63,831 nt of DNA, filler included, from Globobulimina sp. (GCA_003354225.1; 37 parts of 37 records of this genome joined end to end with filler, not necessarily neighbours in it); one strand, 5' to 3'. Shown: positions 1 to 11,470, counted from the first letter of the whole stretch. Notes: a model not told the origin generated them from the letters alone. Numbers and translations are program-made.

Positions 1-1
1 G

Positions 2-622
2 GCGTATCAAAAAACAAAAGCGATTATTGATCATTATGCGACGAGGATTGTATATGAAGCATTAAGTAATGGTATCAAGGCTATTATGGATAATTTTAGT
101 ATTTCAAGAAGGAATCGATTGGTTACACGATTCAACGCATTACGTCGATCATTACATCGATATTATATCGATAATTTAGCAGATTCGCATGTCACAATGG
201 CATTTTATAAATGTGCGCAATGGTTTAATTTGGATACAATGGAAGTACGCCCCCAAGAAGTCAAAGAAGCCACAAAATTTATCCCATGGGGCCATGGTTA
301 TTACGCATCGGATATTAGAAAACAGCTACAATTACAAGCTGAATGGGATGCATTTTTATTAGATGAATATCCAGCAATTGATGCAGATCAAGTGGCTGAT
401 AATGGTGATCGGTGTTTAGTTTATTTCGACGGGAAATCGCAAGTTTGGCCGCTTTTATCGAGTGTGGCAATTCGTACATTAATGGTTTGTATCTCGACAG
501 ATGACGTGGAGCGAATATTTAGTGTTTATAATTTTTATTTTAGCAGATTGGATGCGGTGAATCTTACCGCTGATCATAAGCGAGCGCGTGCGTTTATTTT
601 GCAGAATAAGACTTATTTATGA
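2..622 (+). mobile_element. hAT-family transposase C-terminus (dimerisation domain), 5' truncated by the window/contig start
   Basis: Frame open from nt 2. WPLLSSVAIRTLMVCISTDDVERIFS...NLTADHKRARAFIL fits the hAT dimerisation pattern (PxLxxxAxxxLxxxxSxxxxERxFS...L...F). Confidence 0.7.
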
Positions 623-860
623 TTTTGTTTATGTTTTTGTTTTGTTTTTATTTTGTTTTTGTTTTGTTTTGTTTTGTTTTGGTTTGTTTTTATTTGTTTT
701 GTTTTGATGTCACCCGTTGTATTTATGTGTGTATTTGCTTTTTCTGTGACTTTTTAACTTATTTAATCTATTTTTCACACACTTAACATAGCAAACAGTC
801 ACACAGCAAGCACTGATCAGTCTGCTCTTCATGTTCTAGAGTCCTTTCACAGCCAGGATG

Positions 861-932
861 CCAAAGTGATTTTCGTTGTGATTTTCGCGACAAAGTGATT
901 TTACTAAAAGTGATTTCGCGATATAGCTGCTG
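861..932. repeat. Clustered GTGATTTT(CG) subterminal-type repeats and putative hAT right terminus (...TAGCTGCTG)
   Basis: Four copies of (AA)GTGATTT(T) within 863-920. The segment ends in CTG (CAG on the minus strand) exactly where unrelated RNase H coding sequence begins. Confidence 0.5.
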
Positions 933-1451
933 ATAGGCATCTGCATCATCGACAAAAACAGAATACATTGCTTCGCACAACCTATCGGACCGCAGTCTAA
1001 TCATTATCGTGAACTTTATGCCATCCATAAATCACAATTCCTCATTAATTACTGCAACATAAACACCTCCAATCGAAGAATCCTAATATTCACAGACTCC
1101 TTATTTAACTTTCTCCCTCTCATAATTACCCCTAAGCGCTCCGATAAAAATCCACTATCCATCCTATTTAAGAACACACAAAACTACATTAAACGCAATA
1201 AAATCATATTATGGAAAGTTAAATCACATACCAAACCCCATCAACAACCTTTTAATATGGTTGCAGACATCTTGGCAGATATAGGTCGACAACACCCATA
1301 CAACTCCAATTTAATCACAACAAATTTTAATTCAATAAGATACGCCAAATACAAATCCTTTCTTTACCCACGGGGTATTATACCCAATGACCTTTATTCC
1401 CTCGCCGGGATGTTTAAGCAATCGGTGATGCCAGACTTAGATACTGGCTGA
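933..1451 (+). mobile_element. Retroelement-type RNase HI domain, N-terminally truncated
   Basis: Manual translation upstream of the 1257 ORF gives IGICII...PIGPQSNHYRELYAI...ILIFTDSL...IILWKVKSH...FNMVADILADIG. The E, D, H and D catalytic-region motifs are present and the first (TDGS) motif is missing. Confidence 0.85.
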
Positions 1452-1729
1452 ATGTTCCCCCACTACTACTAAGACCGACATGTGGGGAATCTATAAGGTG
1501 TTATGAAATATGAATAAATTAATAATAGTAAAGGAAAAGCTGAATTTATTTGAACCTGATGTATTAGACGTTATCTGGGTGCAAATAAAATTTATTCCTG
1601 ATATACTTATATATCTATTTACATTCATTNNNNNNNNNNNNNNNNNNNNNNNNNNNNNNNNNNNNNNNNNNNNTTAATTAATTAANNNNNNNNNNNNNNN
1701 NNNNNNNNNNNNNNNNNNNNNNNNNNNNN

Positions 1730-3358
1730 CCCGCTAAACAACACTGGTTCCTGCGGTATTATACTCAGATTCTTCCGCAAATCTTTCAAGCCCAATCGCA
1801 AACAATTAATGCCATCAATTTCAATCAAAGTATCATCGGTCGGTTCAACCAAACGAAACAGCGCCAATAACAAAGAACTTTTGCCAGCTCCCGTTCTGCC
1901 ACAAATACCTACCTTTTCTCCAGGATTTATTTCCATAGAAACGCCCTTCAAAACCAAATCTAAGTCTGCTCTATATCTCATTTTCAAATTTCTAATCACA
2001 ATTTTTCCTTTGGAAGGCCATATATTTGGTGGTCGATATTGAAAGTTAATCTCTTTTGCTTCAGATACAATCATATCATTTTTCTCATCATCGTCCATAT
2101 TAATTTTATCATTTGTTTTCTGCGCATTCCGTTTCAATGCGTTTTCATAATAAAGCAACCTCTCAATGGTTGTAAAGTTCTTTTCGACCTCAACCGACGA
2201 TCGGATCGCCCATTGAAGCATTCCCATCAACGAGTTTCCATAAACCACGGCCAAGGACAACAAAGCCGCTTCAAACTGGTTCCTAAAAAATGCGCATAAC
2301 AACGTCAAACATAACAAAAACACCACTAACATAAAATCCATATAAAAAGCAAACCAGCGCGACCCCAGTTGTTCTGCTAAAATAATTTTATGACTCACTC
2401 GAATCTTTTGACGAATGCTTTTTAGAAATAGAGAATCGGCGCAGTTATACGCACGAATTGTATCCAAACCGTTCAATGTTTCACTGAATTGCGATATAAT
2501 CGGCGTCATTGTCACTTGCGTCAATCGCTTAAAATCGCTCGAACTCATTCGGAAATATTTCTGCAGCCAATATAATGCCGGCAACAATGCGACCAGCAAC
2601 AGCAATGCGTACGGCATAGAAATACTGATAACCACTAAAAAGCCGACGACCAGCAGAGACTGCAAGGAAAAGCTCACAAAATTGCTTGGTAATTCAATAT
2701 CCATTTCGTTGGTATCCTTACTAAATCTGTTCAATATCCGCCCTGTCGGGGTTTTATCAAAATAACTCATTGGTGCTCGCAACACACAGTATAGAGTTTT
2801 CATCTATATATATTTAAAAAAGTTATAGAATTATTGGTCATATGTATTGTTTTTGCGACTTAACATGCAATGATTGTGCTGCCTTATTGCCAAGCCATCC
2901 AAATAAATACGTCGAGCAAAACGTGACAATGGTCAGCAAAACAATGAGTATGCTCCATATAATCAGCCACCATTCTTGCCCCAAGTCCGGGAATCTATTT
3001 ACGCGGTCTTCCTCCGCCCAAAAAGCTAACCACATATCACCTCCAGTTAGAAAAACCTGTCCAAGAATCAACAAAATAATTTCTAAAACCAACCATAATA
3101 CACCTTCGATGTGGTTTTTTTGAGGTACGTCGTCATTGACCACTTCATTGTGATCGAATGGGTTGACTGCGTTATTGAAATATTGCAGATAAGTCTTCCA
3201 CGCCACAGTGCCTGCTTTGCGCTCTTCTTTTGATGTCAACTTTCCTTTTTTATCACGTACTGCTTGCTCCACTGCACCGTACCCCTTTGTCTTTGGGCTT
3301 ACGCTGACTGTTTTTTCTTGTTTGTTGTCATCAAAATCGTCAATACCAACGCTTTCTT
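1730..3358 (-). CDS. ABCC/MRP-family ABC transporter, TMD2 and start of NBD2 (partial); intron 2804-2864
   Basis: VLRAPMSYFDKTPTGRILNRFSKD, Walker A GRTGAGKS, IIPQEPVLFSG. A 61-nt GT-AG intron joins SLH to MKTL. Confidence 0.95.
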
Positions 3359-3458
3359 NNNNNNNNNNNNNNNNNNNNNNNNNNNNNNNNNNNNNNNNNN
3401 NNTTAATTAATTAANNNNNNNNNNNNNNNNNNNNNNNNNNNNNNNNNNNNNNNNNNNN

Positions 3459-4923
3459 ATTCCAACAGATTTGTAACTTTTGATGTATATAAATCGCTAT
3501 ATCTTGCCAGACGATGAAAAAACAAAGTTCTGGTTGAATGTGTTCTAAATATGCTTCCAAATTGTTGATTATATTGTTTTTTAATAATTTCCCTATAATT
3601 TCCTCTTTCTTTTGATAACTGTGATAAATTATCATTTATTTCCGCATCATTCTCATCCATTAAACGTTGCCCATCAAACCACAAATGTTCCACATCCAAT
3701 AAATAACTCAAATCCTTCCGAAATTGTTGATTATTATTTACCTCAATCTCCCTTTCTAACTCCTTAATAATTGCCACAGTTTTCCATTGTCCAGTTTTTG
3801 AGGGACCGATCAAATCACTGCCAATATTATCACCAAAATAAATAACTTGGTCATTGGTTAACTGTGTCAAGCGATGGAATTCCTGCAAACTTCCACCGGT
3901 ATATATACCATTCACTTCTAAGCCGTCATTAATCACTTCGAAAGTGTGGACTCTCCTGAATTTGGATGAAGTTTTAAACCATTTTGGCTTCGACGCTTCG
4001 CAAAATGTCCAATCAAACACTTGTCGCCAATGGGATAAGCCCAACGATTCCACCACATCTTCGAATAAGTATTGACACGCATCGTCAATATAATCGCACG
4101 ACGAATTTGTCAATAAAAATATTTTCTTATTTCCGTTTTTTAACTTTTTTATATATTGTGTCAACAGAGGCATTTTCTCGACAAAATTGGATGGATTTAA
4201 TTCGACGGCTTTATGGAATATCCCTCGATTATGTACATAATCAATGGCTAGTTTTATATCATTGGCAACATATTCAATCTCAAAATCATACTTTTTGTTT
4301 TTTAAGAACTGCATTACGTCGCAATATAAACATGTTTCTGGGACACCGAATAAATCCGTTAGATCTTTGATGTTTTTCTTATAATAAGACTCAGATATTC
4401 TTGTACCACCATATTGTTCTAATATGGTGGACATTGGTACAGTTTCATGGCCATTCAGTATCGTACGCGGACTTATTTTGTAAAATTGGTTTAATTTCAT
4501 TACGTTTCCATTCAATCGATCAAGTTGAAGGCCGCGGATAGCAAAATCTGGATTAAATTCGTGCTGTTTTGCTAATTCGATTGGGTAATTTTCGTGGTTT
4601 ATTAAGTGATTCATTGCATTTTCATAGATAATATGTCCTGATTTGGCATTGTAATTTGCCAAAGTATGATCATAATCAAATCCGTAGCCAACAATGTATT
4701 TTAATGAACAATTGCTATTTCCAAACACTCCTTCGGTGTTTACTGAGGGAATGGTTAAAAATTGATCCGTAAATTTTGAACCATGCCCAGATTTAAGACC
4801 ATTGCACGCTTCTTTAAAGGTTGATGCTGTCATATCGTGACTCACTTTACGTATTGTTTGTGATGCTATTATTTTGCTTCTGGTATTCATATTTTGTGAA
4901 ACTACTTTTCGGAAAGAAAGCAT
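3459..4923 (-). CDS. HAD-superfamily 5'-nucleotidase (NT5DC/cN-II family), 3' truncated, possible mitochondrial presequence
   Basis: YGFDYDHTLA (motif I), FLLTNS, ASKPKWF, IYFGDNIGSDL, FGSIFRT, YSDLYTS. The N-terminus is rich in R/S/K. Confidence 0.93.
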
Positions 4924-5187
4924 TTATAGGCTCCGTCAAAAAAAAGATGTTGCTGGTTTTTAAAAGTTTTCGCAAGAATTACTAAATTGTAGGTATTACT
5001 ACTTTCGAAACGATGCAACTTTCTAAGTGTGGCTTTTTTTGATTCCTCAAAACTTTTAATTTCCTAAAAACAGTACTTTTTTTCGATNNNNNNNNNNNNN
5101 NNNNNNNNNNNNNNNNNNNNNNNNNNNNNNNTTAATTAATTAANNNNNNNNNNNNNNNNNNNNNNNNNNNNNNNNNNNNNNNNNNNN

Positions 5188-5970
5188 TTATTATCCACGA
5201 GAGCCAGTCACACATTTTTATTATGACGTTGCGCAAAAAGGGCAAGCATTCATTCGTACGTCGGACAGAACAAAATTTAATATTTGCACTGAGGAACAGT
5301 TAACAAAGCAAATGCAAACCGAATTAAATCGAATGGAAACTGAATGGATGCAAAACCAGCCAACCATATCACAAAAATGCGTGGATGAGCCAGATGCAGC
5401 AGAATGTAAAAAACATCCACCATCATTCCAGTCGGAAAATGATGATTTTTTTATCGGGAAAATGAATGAAAGCATTTATTGTCGGGCCAAAACCCAAAAT
5501 ATGACCATCACAATTACCAATATTTGTAATTCCGGACCGCGTGCCTTTCGAATATTTGATTTGTTGAGGTATTGTATATTTGTTTTAATTGGACATTAAA
5601 TAATTTGCAATATATGGATGTTGTACGCAGTGATGATGAAATGGCTCATATTCGTGCTTTGGGACAATTTCTGGGCTTAAAACGATCCACAGTGTCGGAG
5701 GAAGCATTGGAAACAGTGGATAGGACCTCGCAAACTGTCTGGATGGAGAGATCAAACTCATTCGTTGTGGATAATATAATCCGTAGAATAGCAGACGCAG
5801 TGCAGATTGATGAGAGACTTTTATTTTTAAATTCATCGTCGGAATCGTTACAATTGGTGCATTATTTCGGAGGAGAGCTATATAAATCGCACGTGGATTA
5901 TGGGACGGATCAACCGCATAATCGGTATATTACATTTATTATGTACTTGAATGATGTGCGTGGCGGATAG
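5188..5970 (+). CDS. Prolyl 4-hydroxylase-like 2OG-Fe(II) oxygenase, partial; intron 5569-5630; ends prematurely
   Basis: RTSQTVW, ESLQLVHY..GELYKSHVDY (HxD), RYITFIMYLNDVRGG. A stop follows GG, before the distal His. Confidence 0.85.
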
Positions 5971-6244
5971 CATTTATATAACTGCTATGTGTGGAGGTGT
6001 GGAGGGTGTGGAGGGTGTGGAGGGTGTGGAGGTGAAGGCGGTGGGGGAGGAAGAGGCAAAATTTATTGTGATAGCTCAATGAGAGCATCTTTTAATATTA
6101 AAGAAGATTTGGGTTCAAATCCCATCATCACATTTTTCTATTTTATTTTTTGTAATTTATTATTTGCTTTTTGAATCTCAAAATTCTGTTTTTATTTATC
6201 AAAAAGTCGTAAAAAAATGAAAAAATGTTAAAAATCATGAAAAT

Positions 6245-6425
6245 CATGAAAAGTATACTAAAAAAATGAATATTTATGCAATATTTGCAAAATTCAAAAA
6301 AATATGGAATCATCGAAAATTGTAAAATCCTGTCAAAAATATCGCATTTATTTTGATGATCATTCGGTGTTTTCATCAATTTTGCAAATATTGCGTAAAT
6401 ATTCGTTTTTTTAGTACTTTTCATG
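6245..6425. repeat. Imperfect inverted repeat with ~50-nt arms (6245-6294 / 6378-6425), MITE/foldback-like
   Basis: CATGAAAAGTATACTAAAAAAATGAATATTTATGCAATATTTGCAAAATT matches the reverse complement of the right arm with two substitutions and a 2-nt indel. Confidence 0.85.
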
Positions 6426-6471
6426 GATTTGCATACCTATACAATAAAACAGTTCTATGTAGAGCCAAAAA

Positions 6472-6543
6472 CAGTGGTTTTCAACCTAGTATTCGAAGTT
6501 GACCTAGGTTTCGAATCCTAGTATTCAAAGTTGAAAACCACTC
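6472..6543. mobile_element. Miniature element with 13-bp perfect inverted ends resembling hAT-type TIRs
   Basis: AGTGGTTTTCAAC (6473-6485) and GTTGAAAACCACT (6530-6542); internal direct repeat CCTAGTATTCRAAGTTGA x2; no TSD seen. Confidence 0.5.
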
Positions 6544-6916
6544 TAGCTAACTCAAAAACCTTGCCAATCACAAAATTGCTTCGATTTTTAATTATACATA
6601 TTTTCATAATCATTGTACGTCGTTCATGTTTTAGTCACCCAGCAATTCATTTCTGTACAGACACAAAGTTCTAAAATCCTGGAATTCCTTAAAAACGACA
6701 ATGATTATGAAAAGAAACTGAGCGACAATGATTTTGACAATTAGTATAAACATGCAATTAAATCCAAACAATCCAGCGTTGAAGATTGAATTTTTGAACA
6801 CGACAAAGATCCGATANNNNNNNNNNNNNNNNNNNNNNNNNNNNNNNNNNNNNNNNNNNNTTAATTAATTAANNNNNNNNNNNNNNNNNNNNNNNNNNNN
6901 NNNNNNNNNNNNNNNN

Positions 6917-7582
6917 GGAAAAGTTGGATTAGATTTAGCGAATAATGGAAGTTTAAGATATCAAAATGTGAATGGATATATTTTGAATCTATATCGAGAT
7001 AAAAATAATGACAATATTTTCTGTGTGGAATATCGAATCGGTTCAAATGATTCAATATATAATGAATTGAGAAAATATTACGGAGCACCAAAAATATTGT
7101 ACCATGTTTACAATTTTAGTGAGTTGATATCGTCAGAAGGTAATAATAATAAGTTGTCATTGCAATATACATGGATCGATAAACAAGAAACAAGAATTCC
7201 CGAAGCTTTATGGGTTATATTTGAATCAGGAATGGATTGTTTAAAATGGAGAGTGGATAAATTTGGGGAGATGATGGATATTGAAAATGTTGTTGGAAAT
7301 GGACAGTTTCATATTCATGGAACTCTGGGCAATGTATCATGTCAATATAAAAATGATAAATATTTTAAAATAGAGTCTGTTGATGCAGGGATTGCAGGGT
7401 TTAGACCTATAAATATGAGCACATTTACACCATTCCCAACACCATTTACTGAGACAAATATAAAAAATGGAGGTGTTGCCTTCAATTTATATAACAATAT
7501 ATGGGGTACTAATTTTGTTGAATATTATCCGTTTGATGATACACAGAAAAATGCCACTTATAGGTTTAATATTTATTTTTGA
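6917..7582 (+). CDS. C-terminal part of a DUF5054-like putative glycoside hydrolase
   Basis: TRIPEALW, FHIHG, FNLYNNIWGTNF..YYPF...YRF terminal motif; open from the contig start. Confidence 0.65.
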   Translation, partial: GKVGLDLANNGSLRYQNVNGYILNLYRDKNNDNIFCVEYRIGSNDSIYNELRKYYGAPKILYHVYNFSELISSEGNNNKLSLQYTWIDKQETRIPEALWVIFESGMDCLKWRVDKFGEMMDIENVVGNGQFHIHGTLGNVSCQYKNDKYFKIESVDAGIAGFRPINMSTFTPFPTPFTETNIKNGGVAFNLYNNIWGTNFVEYYPFDDTQKNATYRFNIYF

Positions 7583-8011
7583 TTTGTTTTGTTAAACATT
7601 TTGTTCGCGCTCATGCAGTCGTCAAAGTTTCGAGTATTTGTTGTCGTGCCTACTATATTGGTGTTCGCTGTCCTGACAGCCGTGTATATTTCTCCCCAAT
7701 TGATTAGCAACACAGATGTCACTGACACTACAAATCTCGACCAAGAGATTGCAACAGAAGATGGTGTAAGATTCAAAGGTCTAAAGTATCGCGATACCAT
7801 TTTTCATATTCAACTATGCACTTTTTTGAGTCCTACTTACTCATCATAGCTCTGTCAACAACTATTAAAAATTTAAAACTAGTATTTATCCTCAAATACG
7901 ACAGCGCACTCGATTTTTTCCCTTTGGAAAACGCGACAAAAATTTGCATTTAACGATATATTCAGATAGATAACCCCCCCTGACTTGTGATAAAATACTA
8001 ACATCCTTTTC

Positions 8012-8398
8012 ATGACGGATATTTGCAATATTTATGAGATAAATCCTGAGGCGATCTCAAACGAAAAAGAAATGAAACAAAAAATGATTGAAATTGAGAA
8101 TAAAAAATGTGAAAATGTTGAAATGATAGCTGACGATGAACAATGTTTATGTTGTTTTGCAATTTTAGACCAATATGCCGATCATGCCGCCGTATGTAAA
8201 TTTGGTAAAGGTATTATTCTCAGACATGACATCGTTGTAAAATCATTTTCGACCTTAATGACACAAGCAAAGATACGCCATTCTATAGAATTGCGACATC
8301 TTTTTGACCACAAACAATTAAAACCAGCCGATATATTTATAAAAAATTTGGGCCTGAACGGTGAAGAATATGCATTTGATATCGATTATTTTTTATAA
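8012..8398 (+). mobile_element. Fragment of an RLE-type (CRE/R2-like) non-LTR retrotransposon: CCHC knuckle plus partial restriction-like endonuclease
   Basis: CLCC...DQYADHAAVC..GKGIILRHD...E....L...KPADI...AFDI; truncated before the distal K..KY motif. Confidence 0.75.
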
Positions 8399-8645
8399 TT
8401 GTCATCTCAACAATTAACATGTACAAATAAAGCATTGCTAAATAACATGCAACAAACACTTTTTTTGTTTATTTTTTCTTTCTTACATTCTCTTTTCTTT
8501 TTTTATTTAGCGGCAACTATGAGAGGAAGAACAGGAATTTTGTTTNNNNNNNNNNNNNNNNNNNNNNNNNNNNNNNNNNNNNNNNNNNNTTAATTAATTA
8601 ANNNNNNNNNNNNNNNNNNNNNNNNNNNNNNNNNNNNNNNNNNNN

Positions 8646-8941
8646 TGTTTGTGTTTGGAGCTGGACCGAAAGGGGTTTAGCACACTTGAAATTGAGGTGG
8701 ACAGTTTGCGAGGGATTTTATAGAGACTTTTTTTACTGTTTGTCGATTTATTGGGTGATCTGAGTTTATATGATTTGGGAGTAGCTGGTATTGACGCATC
8801 TATATTATCGATGTCATTCTCTGAGAGTTCTATTAGTACGGACACTTGATGCATTCTGATGTTTTGGGCGATTGCGTTTTGTGTCTCGTCATCGTATTTT
8901 GGTATAGCAGAGACACTCTGGCTGGGTGAGATGCAACCCAT
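8646..8941 (-). CDS. N-terminal part of a hypothetical protein with MGC (myristoylation/palmitoylation-type) start
   Basis: MGCISPSQSVSAIPK..., open to the contig end. Confidence 0.45.
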
Positions 8942-8975
8942 CTTAATTAGTTTAGTATGGAGATACAAGTTTTTT

Positions 8976-10100
8976 TCAGTAAGTTTTTTTTGCTTTATTG
9001 AAAATGTCATTCAATATTTGACGGTGAACAGACCAATATCCAGCATGACCATCCGGGTCACATCCAGATTTTGCATAAAATGCAGGCTCGCCGCCTATAT
9101 CCCGCGCCAATAATTGATGCACCTCTTGCAATAAATAAAATGGAACATAGGGGAATGAATGATGTTCAATGTGCCATGGCATCATCCACGCCAACTTATA
9201 TTGCAACCAATATGTCTTCGTTGTGCGAGAATTGCTAAACATATCCGTATTGGCTGTACAATTTCTATGCTCTGCAATGAGATATCCCCTTAAGAAGACT
9301 TGACCAATTAAACTCGGTAAAAACCAATATTTCCATAAAAAAGCCACATCAAAAAATATCAATATCAACAGATATAACATAACAAATAACAGCGCTTCCA
9401 ATGATACATTGTATCGTCGCTGTTTACGTTGTAAATAATACTCCAACTTTTTCGGCAATAAATAATTCTGTACGCTTGCATTCAATTTCATTCCTATGAT
9501 GTTATCAAATATGAACAACAATGAATGTCTGCATAAACAGTTTATGCGATCGATCCAAAATGGAATGCCAGACATGTAAGCAATATATTTTCCAAATGAA
9601 TCCGTAATGTCCAAATCGATCCATGTACTTTGCAATTCCGGATCTTTTGATTTGTTGCCTGTAAATCGATGGTGTGCCCAATGATAATATCTATAATGCG
9701 TTGGTGGTCTGAAACAGCTGAAACCAAATACATAGGCAACGATATTATTATATATTGGCGTTTTGAAGGCAGTGTGATGCACTGTTTCATGCACCCCCAT
9801 AAACAAAAAAGATATGGTATACCCACAAAATACCAGAGATGCTAAATGGAATATAAAATGTGGGAAATAAGCATCATTGATGTTGGCTGTTGTATAATGA
9901 ACCAAAAATTGTGAAAATAAAATGAATGAAACATGAAAGACAAATTGTTTGCTTCCCTCCCAATCAGAACGTCGGTTTGCAAATTGTTTTACAATTTCAC
10001 GTGATAACATCGTTTGTGCTGTATTTTTCCTTCGTACTTTGGGTGTAAAATTATCAGTTAGCTCATTCAACTCATTTAGTTCATTCTGAAACGCGCTCAT
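8976..10100 (-). CDS. Membrane fatty-acid desaturase/hydroxylase, MocD (rhizopine oxygenase)-like subgroup, intronless
   Basis: His boxes HETVH, HWAHH, HIEHH; AEH; NSRTT; WMMPWHIEHHSFPYVPFY. Confidence 0.88.
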   Translation of the reverse strand: MSAFQNELNELNELTDNFTPKVRRKNTAQTMLSREIVKQFANRRSDWEGSKQFVFHVSFILFSQFLVHYTTANINDAYFPHFIFHLASLVFCGYTISFLFMGVHETVHHTAFKTPIYNNIVAYVFGFSCFRPPTHYRYYHWAHHRFTGNKSKDPELQSTWIDLDITDSFGKYIAYMSGIPFWIDRINCLCRHSLLFIFDNIIGMKLNASVQNYLLPKKLEYYLQRKQRRYNVSLEALLFVMLYLLILIFFDVAFLWKYWFLPSLIGQVFLRGYLIAEHRNCTANTDMFSNSRTTKTYWLQYKLAWMMPWHIEHHSFPYVPFYLLQEVHQLLARDIGGEPAFYAKSGCDPDGHAGYWSVHRQILNDIFNKAKKTY

Positions 10101-10576
10101 GATTTGGTGAAAATTCTTCGCTTCAATTCAAATACGCAGTTTTGAGTGAAATATCTTAAGGAAAAATGAACAATGCTGCCACGAAAAGACGATCACAATT
10201 ATTAGTAAGTGGATACGTTAGAAACTGTAGCACTCAGTACATCCATACAGATATTATTAGTATCATTCACGCATNNNNNNNNNNNNNNNNNNNNNNNNNN
10301 NNNNNNNNNNNNNNNNNNTTAATTAATTAANNNNNNNNNNNNNNNNNNNNNNNNNNNNNNNNNNNNNNNNNNNNAATGCATTTAATAAACTTACCGATGT
10401 TACAGATCCATCAGATGTCACATCTTCTAATTGTGGTTTTAATTGTCGGCTCACTCTCTTTTTATTGACATAATGTGTGCTTAATTGTGGTGGGACCGCT
10501 GCAGCAGAGCCACCATGTATAGATTTGCTGTATACGTAGGTCTTCAGAATTAGTTTTTTTTCTGTTGGCGATGGTC

Positions 10577-11470
10577 TCATTGACTGAGCATGTGTATTAT
10601 TGTTATAATTACTGAGCGCTTTCCCATCTGCAAATAATTTGGCTGCCTGCAACATTTGATCTTTATTTCATGATTTATAATATCCTCCGCTTCAATATTA
10701 ATGCTAAACTGTTTGTCGTTACTATTTCTGTCATTTAATACTGCTTCATTTTTATTGTTATTTGCAACATTATTTCCTGTCGTTTCTATCGATGGATCAT
10801 CAGCAATGGTTTTGATGCATGGAATTTTAAATCTATATTTACAACAACAACAGCATTTTTTGGTACAGCCCGCCCGCCGGTTTCGTACAAAAAGCAAAGC
10901 AGAACAACAACATTGTATGCTCCATAAAATTGGTAGATAATAAATGATATTTGTACTGTAGGCAATTAATAATACTGCGACATATAAACTTCGTATACAT
11001 AAACCAATGACAGATACTCTTCGCATAAAATATAATTGCGGCAGTAACTCTGTTTGGAGTTCATCAAAAAATGTGAATCGATCAATTAATAAAGATGTGA
11101 ATGATAAGGCACAAAAAAAATTAAATGTTGTATGATACATTATTAATATGGGAAATAGCCAAAAATACATTGTAATTTGTAATGTAAATACTATTATAAA
11201 TGGTATACAATAAAATAAATAAATTGCGAGAACGTGTTTCGTTTCTACAATCGCTAATGTTTTGGCTGTTTTTGTAGTTGTGTAATATTTATGAAATGTG
11301 AATAATGATTCCCAGATTGATACTATTAATGTACCGTATATTACGCATAAATCAATGGAATATGCAATGATATCACCTTTTGGAACAGGTAGATGATGGG
11401 TTGTGTTCAAGGCGTACACATTTTGGTCGTATGCGTGTACATAGTTTGTAATATATGACAATTCATACAA
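10577..11470 (-). CDS. Multi-pass (7TM-like) membrane protein of unknown function with a Cys-rich juxtamembrane tail
   Basis: About five hydrophobic segments followed by CTKKCCCCC. Start and C-terminus uncertain (possible frameshift near 10655). Confidence 0.5.
   Translation of the reverse strand: MYELSYITNYVHAYDQNVYALNTTHHLPVPKGDIIAYSIDLCVIYGTLIVSIWESLFTFHKYYTTTKTAKTLAIVETKHVLAIYLFYCIPFIIVFTLQITMYFWLFPILIMYHTTFNFFCALSFTSLLIDRFTFFDELQTELLPQLYFMRRVSVIGLCIRSLYVAVLLIAYSTNIIYYLPILWSIQCCCSALLFVRNRRAGCTKKCCCCCKYRFKIPCIKTIADDPSIETTGNNVANNNKNEAVLNDRNSNDKQFSINIEAEDIINHEIKIKCCRQPNYLQMGKRSVIITIIHMLSQ

Noticed and set aside
1674-1685. Regularly spaced TTAATTAATTAA palindromes as a biological repeat array
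   Set aside because: Always embedded in N44 runs; an artificial six-frame-stop linker.
1809-2765. Antisense ORFs over ABCC (and similar ones over NT5DC, XPC, RPA2 and the capsid gene)
   Set aside because: Shadow frames of real genes, with no motifs of their own.
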